Shown here one piece after another: positions 8,732-17,090 of a DNA stretch of 32,000 bases. The position numbers were made by a program, and so were the translations under genes. Source of the DNA: Acaryochloris marina MBIC11017 (lineage in GTDB: Bacteria; Cyanobacteriota; Cyanobacteriia; Thermosynechococcales; Thermosynechococcaceae); the NCBI RefSeq assembly GCF_000018105.1, contig NC_009925.1:2340001-2372000 (forward strand). The letters are read 5' to 3'. Position 1 is the stretch's first letter. Each line of letters begins with the position of its first letter. The notes beneath the pieces are model-generated. The model saw only the letters and a program-made list of their open reading frames with translations. It did no database searches and was not told the DNA's origin.

Positions 8732-8884
8732 ATGTCTTCTGACTTCAACAAAGGCATTATGAAGTTTGACAACGCTGACAACCCCATTACGGTCGCCCTA
8801 TCAGCCATCATCATTTTTGGCAGCATCGGCCTCTTGATTGGCTGGAGTCTAGAAACTGCATATCTCGTCGGTCAACTGGGTTAA
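8732..8884 (+). CDS. Hypothetical 50-aa single-pass membrane peptide (below the ORF-track cut-off)
   Basis: ATG at 8732, with gggag 10 nt upstream, gives MSSDFNKGIMKFDNADNPITVALSAIIIFGSIGLLIGWSLETAYLVGQLG. There is one clear hydrophobic helix. The stop TAA is at 8882-8884. I do not recognise the family. Confidence 0.4.
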   Translation: MSSDFNKGIMKFDNADNPITVALSAIIIFGSIGLLIGWSLETAYLVGQLG

Positions 8885-9543
8885 GCTTTAGCCACCACCA
8901 CAATTTCTACCACTTGAAAGCCTGCTTGGCTTAACGTTTCAACGGCTGAGTTAATGGTTGCACCCGTCGTATAAATGTCATCAAGCAGCACAATCTTACT
9001 TCCACGGCTTTTCTGTGCTAGCTCAGGGCCTACTCGAAAAGCTTCAGATACATTAGTAAGACGGTCTTGTGGAGACAAGCTAAATTGAGCTGCTGTTGCC
9101 CGTACTCTCACCAAACCGTTGAGCATCACGTTTAAGCCTGTAAATTGGCAAAAACTATTGGCAATTAGCGCTGATTGATTGTATCCCCGCTCCCTCTGCC
9201 TGACTTTGTGAAGTGGAATAGGGACAACGATAGGTTGTCGATGGTGAGACTGAGTTTCTAGCCAAGTGACTCCCAGAAGTTGCCCTAAAAGACGAGCAAC
9301 TTGAGCTTGTTGGTCATACTTGAGACGACCCAATAATTGCTTCAGCGGCCCTTGATAATGCCCCCATGCGAGAAGCGGTAGCATATCCACAAAGGCGAGT
9401 GGAATTGCTAACTGGCAAGTTTCTAGCTGACGACGGCAATCTGGACATATAAGTCCAAATGAAAGTCGCTGACACATCGCACAGCGCGACTGAAGAACAA
9501 GCTGTTGCAGCGACTGAAGTAAACCGTTTTTCACCTTAACCAA
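8881..9543 (-). CDS. comF: ComF family protein (phosphoribosyltransferase fold, competence-associated)
   Basis: N-terminal Cys pairs (CAMCQ...CPDCRR) and the PRTase motif VLLDDIYTTGATI are present. The start is uncertain: TTG at 9543 or GTG at 9534. Confidence 0.82.
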   Translation of the reverse strand: MVKVKNGLLQSLQQLVLQSRCAMCQRLSFGLICPDCRRQLETCQLAIPLAFVDMLPLLAWGHYQGPLKQLLGRLKYDQQAQVARLLGQLLGVTWLETQSHHRQPIVVPIPLHKVRQRERGYNQSALIANSFCQFTGLNVMLNGLVRVRATAAQFSLSPQDRLTNVSEAFRVGPELAQKSRGSKIVLLDDIYTTGATINSAVETLSQAGFQVVEIVVVAKA

Positions 9544-9701
9544 ACCATGTTGCTAGATTGGTGAGTCCATAAGCTATCCTGCATAGTTTAGGAAGCTATC
9601 GAGTAGAGTGTCTTTCATATTACGATCTGGAACTCAAAATATCGATATATTGCTTTATGGATTTAGTTATATCTCATTGACCAACAGGTGTTTGCACTAG
9701 G

Positions 9702-12029
9702 ATGAGATCGTCTGTTCAAGACAATTTTGTGGAAAGCCTGTATTGGTTAAACAAGCTAGAAACAACTCACTCTCTGCGGGTGGGTGACGCTGCCTTAGGG
9801 CTGGCTGAGCTCTATAATGCTCAGGTGCCGGTTCTGCCCAGTGCAGTTATCGGTACAGAATCTTTTCAGCAGTTTTGCCGATCGATTGTTTGGTCTTCCC
9901 CTTTCTTAAGTGATTTTCCCCATGTAAGTTTGCGCATACGAGCAGCGCACCCCTTCCAGCTGCAAGCGGTTGCAGAAGAAATTGCCCAAAGGTTTGAGCA
10001 AACGGCTTTACCCCCACTGTGGTTGCAGACCGCTTCAGCAGAATTGCAGAGTCTATCCAACGACTGGCGTCTGTGCCTATCCTTGACCTTGCCAAAACCT
10101 TGGGCTCAATTTACCCCCCTCCTGACGGAGATGTTGCCAGTTCAATACTGTTCATTGACCGGCATTGGCACAGCCATCAAACAAGCCTGGAACAGTACTT
10201 TTACAGCTCAGACACTCCTGCTCATGCAGGAACGAGCGATTCCCATTGATCAATTACGCGTAGCGCTACTATTACAGCCCGTCACGTCAGCCCAGGCATC
10301 TGGATTTTTAACCGTCACAGAAACCTACATCCAGGTGCAAGCGACCCATGGTCTGAGCAAAAGTCTGATGATGGGCGAAATCTTACCTGAAACCTATACC
10401 TATGACCGCCAGGAAAAGCGGTGGCACCGCTATCCTGGCTCGATCACGAGTGCCTACCAAGTTCCTTTTGAAACATCTATCCCAGGAGAATTGGGTTTAG
10501 TACAGCAGATCCTGACACCCGTTTCAGACTCGTGGGTCCTTGAGCAACTCCAACTAGAGCAATTACTAGATTTAGCCCAGAAGCTTCCTCCTTTACAGTC
10601 TGAGTTACAAGCAGTGGAATGGATATTCTCTGGGAAAGAATCTGAGGAACTCCACATTGCAGGGTTAAGGCCAGCCCAGCCCTTGCCACCTCTGACTGCC
10701 GCTCTTCAGCTCCGAGAAGAACCCGGGTTAGATGATAACTCTCGGGTAATCGCTGCCGGATTAGCCGCAGCAGTCGGCCAGGTAACAGCCCCGATTCTCG
10801 TCTGTGAAGATCCAAGTCAACTGCAGCCTAACATCGTGGCCAACCAAATTGTTGTCCTAAAGCAGGTCAGGCCTGTCGACTGGGTTTGGTTACAAAAGGT
10901 CGCAGGCTTAATTTGCACAACAGGCGGACATACCTCTCATGGGGCCATAATGGCCCGCGAATTAGGATTGCCTGCAGTGGTCGGCATTGCTGGTGCATTA
11001 GAGACGTTCCAGTCAGGGCAAATGGTGTTGCTAGATGGGAATCAAGGCCAGGTCTTGGCCGCCCCCTCCTCTAGCTCACCAGGCAGGGCATCTTTATCGA
11101 CTCCTGCGAAACCCGCCCTCGATCTCGATCTGCAAACTACCCAGTTATGGGTCAATCTGAGCCAGTCTCAACGGCTAGAGCGGGCTCTACATCTGCCAGT
11201 CCATGGCGTCGGCTTATTACGATCTGAATGGTTTCTGCTCGATATTTGCCAAGGACAATTACCTGAGGTTTGGATCCAACAACAGGGGGCTGACGCCTTT
11301 GTTAGCCATTTGAGCCACCATTTACTGTCGTTTGTCCAAGCCTGGCATCCTCGGCCTGTGCTGTATCGGTCCCTCGACTGTAAACAAGATGCTGCTCACT
11401 CGTTACAACCCGCCAACTCGATATTGGGACTGCGGGGGGGAGCGCAATATATGTATGACTCAACCCTATTTGATCTGGAATTGCAGGCACTGGCGAAGCT
11501 TTGTCACCAAGGCTGTCAAAATATACGCTTGATCTTGCCATTCATTCGCTCGGTCGAGGAATTTGTCTTCTGTCGAGATCGGCTTCACGCTGCTCATCTC
11601 CTGGAGCATCTGCAGATTTGGATCATGGCAGAGGTGCCTTCAGTGCTTTTTCAACTGTCTGAGTATGTAGCAGCAGGGGTGCAGGGGATTGCGATTGGCA
11701 CCAATGATCTCACTCAACTGATCTTAGGTGTTCACCGAGAGAATACCTATTTGACGGAGCGATATACCGCGAATCATCCGGCTGTGGTTGCCGCCCTCTC
11801 TCAATTGGTCAAGACTGCTAAATCCTTAGGAATTCCCTGCTCTATCTGTGGCCAAGCTCCGGTTCAACATCCTCAGCTGATTCACCAGTTTGTTGCATGG
11901 GGAGTGACCGCTATCTCTGTAGATTTGTCGGCAGTACCCGCAACTCAGATTGCGATCGCAACGGCCGAAGCACAGCTTAAATCTAAGACTGCTTCTACTT
12001 CTGCATCTTCAACTATCCAAAACGGTTGA
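9702..12029 (+). CDS. PEP-utilising enzyme (PpsA/PPDK-like three-domain protein) with divergent N-terminal domain
   Basis: The central phosphohistidine swivel motif (TTGGHTSHGAIMARELGLPAVVG) is present. The C-terminal PEP/pyruvate TIM-barrel motifs (LGLRGG, ILPFIRSVEEF, MAEVPS, GIAIGTNDLTQ, CGQAP) are also present. The N-terminal domain aligns to PPDK_N but has GDAA where GGK is expected. Confidence 0.82.
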   Translation: MRSSVQDNFVESLYWLNKLETTHSLRVGDAALGLAELYNAQVPVLPSAVIGTESFQQFCRSIVWSSPFLSDFPHVSLRIRAAHPFQLQAVAEEIAQRFEQTALPPLWLQTASAELQSLSNDWRLCLSLTLPKPWAQFTPLLTEMLPVQYCSLTGIGTAIKQAWNSTFTAQTLLLMQERAIPIDQLRVALLLQPVTSAQASGFLTVTETYIQVQATHGLSKSLMMGEILPETYTYDRQEKRWHRYPGSITSAYQVPFETSIPGELGLVQQILTPVSDSWVLEQLQLEQLLDLAQKLPPLQSELQAVEWIFSGKESEELHIAGLRPAQPLPPLTAALQLREEPGLDDNSRVIAAGLAAAVGQVTAPILVCEDPSQLQPNIVANQIVVLKQVRPVDWVWLQKVAGLICTTGGHTSHGAIMARELGLPAVVGIAGALETFQSGQMVLLDGNQGQVLAAPSSSSPGRASLSTPAKPALDLDLQTTQLWVNLSQSQRLERALHLPVHGVGLLRSEWFLLDICQGQLPEVWIQQQGADAFVSHLSHHLLSFVQAWHPRPVLYRSLDCKQDAAHSLQPANSILGLRGGAQYMYDSTLFDLELQALAKLCHQGCQNIRLILPFIRSVEEFVFCRDRLHAAHLLEHLQIWIMAEVPSVLFQLSEYVAAGVQGIAIGTNDLTQLILGVHRENTYLTERYTANHPAVVAALSQLVKTAKSLGIPCSICGQAPVQHPQLIHQFVAWGVTAISVDLSAVPATQIAIATAEAQLKSKTASTSASSTIQNG

Positions 12030-12094
12030 TGGGCTGAGATAATGACGATGGGCGTCCCTCGATACGTCTTCGTTCATTTGTCTTTCTCTAAGCC

Positions 12095-12421
12095 ATGCAA
12101 ACTTACCACTACGCCCTTGCCAGTCAGCGCTATCTCTTTGAAGAAGAGCCCTTTGAAGAAGTTCTCAAAGAACGTCATCGCTACTACAAAGAAAAAAATA
12201 AAGAGATCGATTTCTGGGTGGTGATGCAGCCAGCATTTTTAGAACTGCCGGAAATGCAGGACATCAAGGCGAAGTGTCCACAGCCCTGTGCCGCAATTGT
12301 GTCCACCAATCCGACCTTTGTGACCTGGCTAAAACTGCGTTTGGAATATGTGTACGTTGGTGAATTTCAGGCCCCTTCAGACACGATTCCTGATCCACTA
12401 GCGTCTTTAGCATCCGTTTAA
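12095..12421 (+). CDS. ycf54: Ycf54, Mg-protoporphyrin IX monomethyl ester cyclase complex factor
   Basis: There is near full-length resemblance to Synechocystis Ycf54 (YHYALASQRYLFEEEPFEEVLKERHRYY..KEIDFW..QPAFL...WLKLRLEYV..GEF.APSDTIPDPLASL). Confidence 0.88.
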   Translation: MQTYHYALASQRYLFEEEPFEEVLKERHRYYKEKNKEIDFWVVMQPAFLELPEMQDIKAKCPQPCAAIVSTNPTFVTWLKLRLEYVYVGEFQAPSDTIPDPLASLASV

Positions 12422-12478
12422 GATGCAGGATTGATTAATATATGGGATTGAGGCTCCCGCTCTAGTCCAAGCGTGGTG

Positions 12479-13336
12479 TTAGCCCGTCTCATAAATCCCT
12501 GTAAATACTTTTTCTGCAGGCCCCGTCATAAACACGGACTGTCCCTCTCCTGCCCAGCGAATCTGCAACGGACCGCCGGGCAGTTCAATCGTGGCTTGAG
12601 ATTGGCTTTTACCTGTGAGTACTCCTGCTACTAACACAGCACAAGCCCCTGTTCCACAGGCTAGGGTAGGACCTGCACCCCGCTCCCACACCAACATTTT
12701 GAGATAGTCCGGGCGAATCACCTGAATAAATTCCGTATTAATGCGTTGGGGAAATACAGGGTGATGCTCAAACTGAGGGCCTAAAGTTTGAAAATCAATC
12801 GCCTCTAAATCGTCAACAAACGTAATGCAGTGAGGATTGCCCATACTCACGCAGGTCACTGGCCAGGACTGTCCCGCCACCTCTAGGGGCTGATTCACCA
12901 CTGGATCGGTGCCTTCCCCTAACGTGGTCGGAATTTCTTGGGGAACCAGAAAGGGAGGCCCCATATCCACCTTTACCAGGCCATCGGCTTGGAGGCTAGG
13001 GGTGATGGTGCCTGCCAAGGTATGAATCCGATAGGTGATGTCTGTTTGGAGGGGCTTGCCTTCTAAATGGGCCAGAAATCGCGCTAAACAGCGAATACCA
13101 TTACCGCACATCTCGGGTTCAGATCCATCCGAGTTATAGATGCGCATGGTGTAGTCCGTGTCCCCTTCTGGGGGTAAGGCAAAAATGACCCCATCCCCAC
13201 CGATACCGAAGTTGCGATCGCACATCTGCACCGCTTGGTCTGGCGTCAAACAGGGTTGAGCTTGGTGGCGATTATCGATCAGGATAAAATCATTTCCCAA
13301 TCCTTGATATTTTGTAAACTCAACCCGCATCAGCAT
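12479..13336 (-). CDS. dapF: Diaminopimelate epimerase DapF
   Basis: [15 protein letters not shown] is present, along with both catalytic Cys motifs (MCGNGIRC and ACGTGACA). Confidence 0.93.
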   Translation of the reverse strand: MLMRVEFTKYQGLGNDFILIDNRHQAQPCLTPDQAVQMCDRNFGIGGDGVIFALPPEGDTDYTMRIYNSDGSEPEMCGNGIRCLARFLAHLEGKPLQTDITYRIHTLAGTITPSLQADGLVKVDMGPPFLVPQEIPTTLGEGTDPVVNQPLEVAGQSWPVTCVSMGNPHCITFVDDLEAIDFQTLGPQFEHHPVFPQRINTEFIQVIRPDYLKMLVWERGAGPTLACGTGACAVLVAGVLTGKSQSQATIELPGGPLQIRWAGEGQSVFMTGPAEKVFTGIYETG

Positions 13337-13500
13337 TCCTTAGGCAAAAACAACGTCTTTCTATACTACTCTGGCAGTCAGGGAAGTCTATGCCAAGATT
13401 TTTATGGGTATCATGGCAAGATAAACCATCTCTATAATGGCTCCACGGATCATCTCCACAACGCCTTATCTGTTCTTTTATCCATCTCGCGACAAAAATA

Positions 13501-13716
13501 ATGTCAACTGAACTTGATGTCAAACTGCCTAGTTTTCGGCAACTTCAGACGCTGATTCAAGAAGAATCTGAAGTTGAGATCAAATTAATCACCAACGATT
13601 TACTCGTCGGCAAAGTGCGTTGGCAAGATAATTTCTGCATCTGCTTACTCGATCATTACGATCAGCCGACCATTGTCTGGAAGCAGGCTATCGTCTTTCT
13701 CAAACCCAAACCTTAG
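13501..13716 (+). CDS. hfq: Cyanobacterial-type Hfq (Sm-like protein)
   Basis: The 71-aa product follows the pattern LPSFRQLQTLI....VEIKLITNDLLVGKVRWQD......TIVWKQAIVFLKP, matching Synechocystis Ssr3341-type Hfq. It is divergent from dapF, a pairing I recall as common in cyanobacteria. Confidence 0.8.
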   Translation: MSTELDVKLPSFRQLQTLIQEESEVEIKLITNDLLVGKVRWQDNFCICLLDHYDQPTIVWKQAIVFLKPKP

Positions 13717-13761
13717 ACAATCTTCAGGTGTAAGATTGTGGCGTTGAGACGGTCGCTCAAC
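13717..13761 (+). other. Two tandem hairpins immediately after the hfq stop
   Basis: Hairpin 1 pairs acaatctt (13717-13724) with aagattgt (13732-13739), loop caggtgt. Hairpin 2 pairs gttgag (13743-13748) with ctcaac (13756-13761), loop acggtcg. No U-tract follows either. Confidence 0.4.
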
Positions 13762-13824
13762 ATAGAACTCAAAGCGTTTAGTAGCAACATATTCCGATTG
13801 GTTTGAAGTAAAAGGAAACGAACC

Positions 13825-14160
13825 ATGACTCAGGGGGTTGACAGTCGAAGTTCCCAACCTTATCAACCGATAGGGGCATATCTAGTGGAAGCAGGGTTAT
13901 TAACAGACGCCCAAGTGGGTGTCGCCCTCGCTGACCAAAATGTCACCGCTATGCCGTTTGGAGAGATTGTCGTGGCCCGAGGTTGGGTCAAAGAGCAAAC
14001 CATTGAATTTATTATGCATCGGGTGGTACTACCTGAGCGGAGCATCCAAGCAGCATCCAGCGGCATGCAAGACTGCTTAACCCATCGCCAGCGGCCGGCA
14101 CCTGGCAAAGTCGATCCCAACTCAACGACACCCCAAGCAGGGGTGTCTTGGCTCGGCTAG
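13825..14160 (+). CDS. Stand-alone T2SSE_N / MshEN-like domain protein (111 aa)
   Basis: An aagga sequence lies 9 nt upstream of the ATG. Two tandem helical motifs are present: PIGAYLVEAGLLTDAQVGVALADQ, a 5-aa spacer, then PFGEIVVARGWVKEQTIEFIMHRV. These resemble the N-terminal domain of GspE/PilB/MshE ATPases. The C-terminal 45 aa are low-complexity. Confidence 0.5.
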   Translation: MTQGVDSRSSQPYQPIGAYLVEAGLLTDAQVGVALADQNVTAMPFGEIVVARGWVKEQTIEFIMHRVVLPERSIQAASSGMQDCLTHRQRPAPGKVDPNSTTPQAGVSWLG

Positions 14161-14221
14161 TGGAACCTAGTTCATTGCCATCTAGACTATGTACTTGTAG
14201 ACTGCATCCGTTTATCTCTGC

Positions 14222-15094
14222 ATGAGTTATCAAAATCTTCGTAGGCTGAGCGTTCTCCTCTTCGCTACAGTAGGGAGCACCCTATCTGCCGCCTTATCTG
14301 CCCACGCGTTAGACGTCACTGTAACCCCTAAAAAGCCCAGATTGGGTGATACCCTGGCCATTACCGTCAAGCCTGATCCAGGCGAGCAACTCACGCAAGC
14401 ACCTGTCATCAAAGTTGCAGGCAAAAAACTGCCTGTTTATCCCATTGCGGCCAACCGTTGGCGGGCTTTTTTACCGACCATTCCCTTGGAAAAACATGGT
14501 CGTCGCAGTCTGATCGTGACGGGAAATCAACAAGCTCGCAACATGGTGCTGTGGATCGGGAAAAAATGGTTCCGGACCCAGAGCATTTGGTTGCCACCGG
14601 GTACAGGGTCAGGCACAGACTTTGAATTTGATCGGGTGGATGCCTTTAAAGCCATTGTCTCTCCTAAAAAACTGTGGAGCGGCAAGTTCCGACGTCCCAA
14701 TAATGGCCCCCTTACGGCTGGGTATGGGATCAAGCGGATTTACAATGGCGATTACTCCGATCCCGATTATCATCGGGGCTTAGATTATGCAGGCTGGGGT
14801 GGTTCTCCTGTGAAAGCCTCAGCTGCCGGACAGGTGCGCCTTGTGGGTCGAGAATCCCAAGGGTTCCGGATTCATGGGAATGTCGTTGGCATTGATCATG
14901 GCCAAGGGGTGAACACGGTATATCTACATTTACGAGATATAAAAGTCAAAGAAGGTCAAAGGGTACGAGCAGGCCAAATCATCGGCACTGTCGGCTCAAC
15001 GGGCGCATCAACAGGCCCCCACCTTCACTTTGGGTTAAATGTGAATGGTCAAGCCGTCGATCCCACTCCGTGGCTGAAATGGGGATTTCAGTAA
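14222..15094 (+). CDS. M23 family metallopeptidase (peptidoglycan endopeptidase-like), secreted
   Basis: A signal peptide is present (LLFATVGSTLSAALSAHA). The HxxxD motif (HRGLDYAG) and the HxH motif (GPHLHF) are both present. Confidence 0.87.
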   Translation: MSYQNLRRLSVLLFATVGSTLSAALSAHALDVTVTPKKPRLGDTLAITVKPDPGEQLTQAPVIKVAGKKLPVYPIAANRWRAFLPTIPLEKHGRRSLIVTGNQQARNMVLWIGKKWFRTQSIWLPPGTGSGTDFEFDRVDAFKAIVSPKKLWSGKFRRPNNGPLTAGYGIKRIYNGDYSDPDYHRGLDYAGWGGSPVKASAAGQVRLVGRESQGFRIHGNVVGIDHGQGVNTVYLHLRDIKVKEGQRVRAGQIIGTVGSTGASTGPHLHFGLNVNGQAVDPTPWLKWGFQ

Positions 15095-15163
15095 CAGAGG
15101 CCTTTTTTCTCTCTGCATTCTGATTCAGGGCCGTGATCTGAGAGGATAGGTCTCAGATGGATT

Positions 15164-15736
15164 GTGGAGGCCCCTAGAAGATTGCAGAAGTTGTTGCGAC
15201 TATCTCAGATCATCGATGGCATCAACGAAAGCGTGGGCAAATTTACTGTCCTACTCGTTCCGTTGATGATCGTCATTGGGGTTTGGAATACCTTGGGGCG
15301 AAAAATAGGCAATTTAATTGGCCAGAATCTGAGCTCTAATTCTCTGATTGAGGGACAAGCTTATTTATTTGCCCTTGTCTTCCTATTGGGGGCAGCCTAT
15401 ACCTTTAAGCACAATGGCCATGTGCGAGTCGATGCATTTTATGATCACTGGCCGCCCAAACGGCAGACTTGGGTCAACTTCTTAGGGTCAATACTCTTTG
15501 TCATCCCTTTTTGTAGCTTGATGATCTATTACGTCTGGTCCCCCATCGTCAATTCCTGGGAGGTTTGGGAAGTCTCGCCAGATGCAGGGGGGTTGCCCCG
15601 TTATCCCATTAAATCTGTGGTTTGCATCTTCTTTGTGCTGCTTTTACTGCAAGGCATTTCAGAAGCCATTAAAAATGGGATCAAACTGAGACGGTTCAGC
15701 CTAGGCCAAGAAGGAGAAGCCGACCATGGACTATAA
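15164..15736 (+). CDS. TRAP transporter small permease subunit (DctQ-like)
   Basis: The 190-aa product has four hydrophobic helices and overlaps the DctM-like gene by 11 nt. The start is GTG at 15164 and is uncertain. Confidence 0.75.
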   Translation: MEAPRRLQKLLRLSQIIDGINESVGKFTVLLVPLMIVIGVWNTLGRKIGNLIGQNLSSNSLIEGQAYLFALVFLLGAAYTFKHNGHVRVDAFYDHWPPKRQTWVNFLGSILFVIPFCSLMIYYVWSPIVNSWEVWEVSPDAGGLPRYPIKSVVCIFFVLLLLQGISEAIKNGIKLRRFSLGQEGEADHGL

Positions 15737-17090
15737 CTGGCTAAGCCTAGCCATGTTTGTGGTCGCCCTAGGCCTGCTGTCGGCAGGTTATCCGGTGGCC
15801 TTTACCTTGAGTGGCGTGGCCCTTTTATTTTGCATGCTACCCACAGCTATCAGTTGGGTCGATCCAGAAATTTTGGTGGATCCCAATCTGCTAGCCATGC
15901 CTCAAGAAATTTTCGCCACCATGCTGAGCAATACGCTCCTGGCAATTCCCTACTTTATTTTTATGGGGGCCATGCTGGAGAAATCAGGTTTGGCTGAGAA
16001 ACTGCTCGAAACCATCGGTATTCTCTTTGGGCCGATTCGGGGTGGACTCGCTTTGGCCGTGGTATTTGTGGGGGCTTTGCTGGCGGCGACCACGGGCGTG
16101 GTCGCCGCCTCTGTCGTCGCCATGGGTCTTATCTCTCTACCGATCATGCTCCGCTACAACTACAGTAAGGAGCTGACGGCTGGGGTCATTGTCGCTTCTG
16201 GGACTTTGGGGCAAATTATCCCTCCCAGTGTGGTGCTAGTGGTGTTGGGTGATCAACTGGGGGTTCCAGTCGGCGACTTATTTCTGGGCGCTTTGATTCC
16301 AGGCTTAATGATTGCTGGGATGTTTGCCCTGCACATTATCATTGTTGCCATCTTTAAACCCGAAGCCGCTCCTGCTTTACCCCTCTCGGTCCGGGAAATT
16401 CAGGGGAAAGAGCTAGCCCTTCGAGTGATCAAAGTTTTAATTCCACCCCTAGCCCTAATTTTCTTGGTTTTGGGCAGTATCTTTTGGGGCATTGCAACGC
16501 CCACAGAAGCAGGCGCATTGGGGGCATTAGGAGCGATTATTTTGGCCTGGGCCAATGGTGAGTTTTCCCTAAAACGGCTGTTTGAGGTGTCAGAGTCTAC
16601 CCTGCGCATCACCAGCATGGTGATGCTGATTCTGATCGGTTCTCGGGCTTTTAGTCTCGTCTTTATTGGTTTAGGCGGAAATGTTCTAGTTTCTGATGCA
16701 CTGCAAAATCTACCAGGTGGCGAACTCAGCTTCTTAATCGTCAGTATGCTGACGGTATTTTTGCTGGGTTTCTTTATCGACTTTTTTCAAATTGCTTTTA
16801 TCGTGGTGCCTATTTTTCGGCCCATTGCCCAGGCATTGGGCATGGACTTGCTATGGTATGGCATTTTGCTAGGGGTCAATTTACAGACCTCCTTTTTAAC
16901 CCCTCCCTTTGGTTTTGCGTTGTTCTATTTAAGGGGGGTCGCACCGCCAGAGATCAAAACGTCAGACATTTATCGCGGGGCCATCCCTTTTATCATCTTG
17001 CAACTAATTGTGCTGGTCATTTTGGTTCAATTCCCGGAGATCGTAACGTTTTTACCCTCGTTAAAGACAACGCCAACTGGTTCTGTCTAG
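15726..17090 (+). CDS. TRAP transporter large permease subunit (DctM-like)
   Basis: The 454-aa polytopic protein carries DctM-type motifs (LLAIPYFIFMGAMLEKSGLAEKL, GTLGQIIPPS, FLTPPFGFALFYL). Confidence 0.88.
   Translation: MDYNWLSLAMFVVALGLLSAGYPVAFTLSGVALLFCMLPTAISWVDPEILVDPNLLAMPQEIFATMLSNTLLAIPYFIFMGAMLEKSGLAEKLLETIGILFGPIRGGLALAVVFVGALLAATTGVVAASVVAMGLISLPIMLRYNYSKELTAGVIVASGTLGQIIPPSVVLVVLGDQLGVPVGDLFLGALIPGLMIAGMFALHIIIVAIFKPEAAPALPLSVREIQGKELALRVIKVLIPPLALIFLVLGSIFWGIATPTEAGALGALGAIILAWANGEFSLKRLFEVSESTLRITSMVMLILIGSRAFSLVFIGLGGNVLVSDALQNLPGGELSFLIVSMLTVFLLGFFIDFFQIAFIVVPIFRPIAQALGMDLLWYGILLGVNLQTSFLTPPFGFALFYLRGVAPPEIKTSDIYRGAIPFIILQLIVLVILVQFPEIVTFLPSLKTTPTGSV

Noticed and set aside
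9847-11541. Eight short track ORFs on both strands overlapping the 775-aa PEP-utilising enzyme gene
   Set aside because: All overlap a long ORF with strong family motifs. Their translations show no recognisable domains, and their composition is that of out-of-frame reads.
12042-12224. 60-aa ORF overlapping the start of ycf54
   Set aside because: It is in an alternative frame of the well-supported ycf54 gene, and its product is basic low-complexity sequence.
13235-13866. ORFs 13235-13501 (plus), 13320-13523 (minus) and 13645-13866 (minus) around dapF and hfq
   Set aside because: They overlap dapF, hfq or the promoter spacer, and none has family resemblance. The hfq and dapF calls are far better supported.
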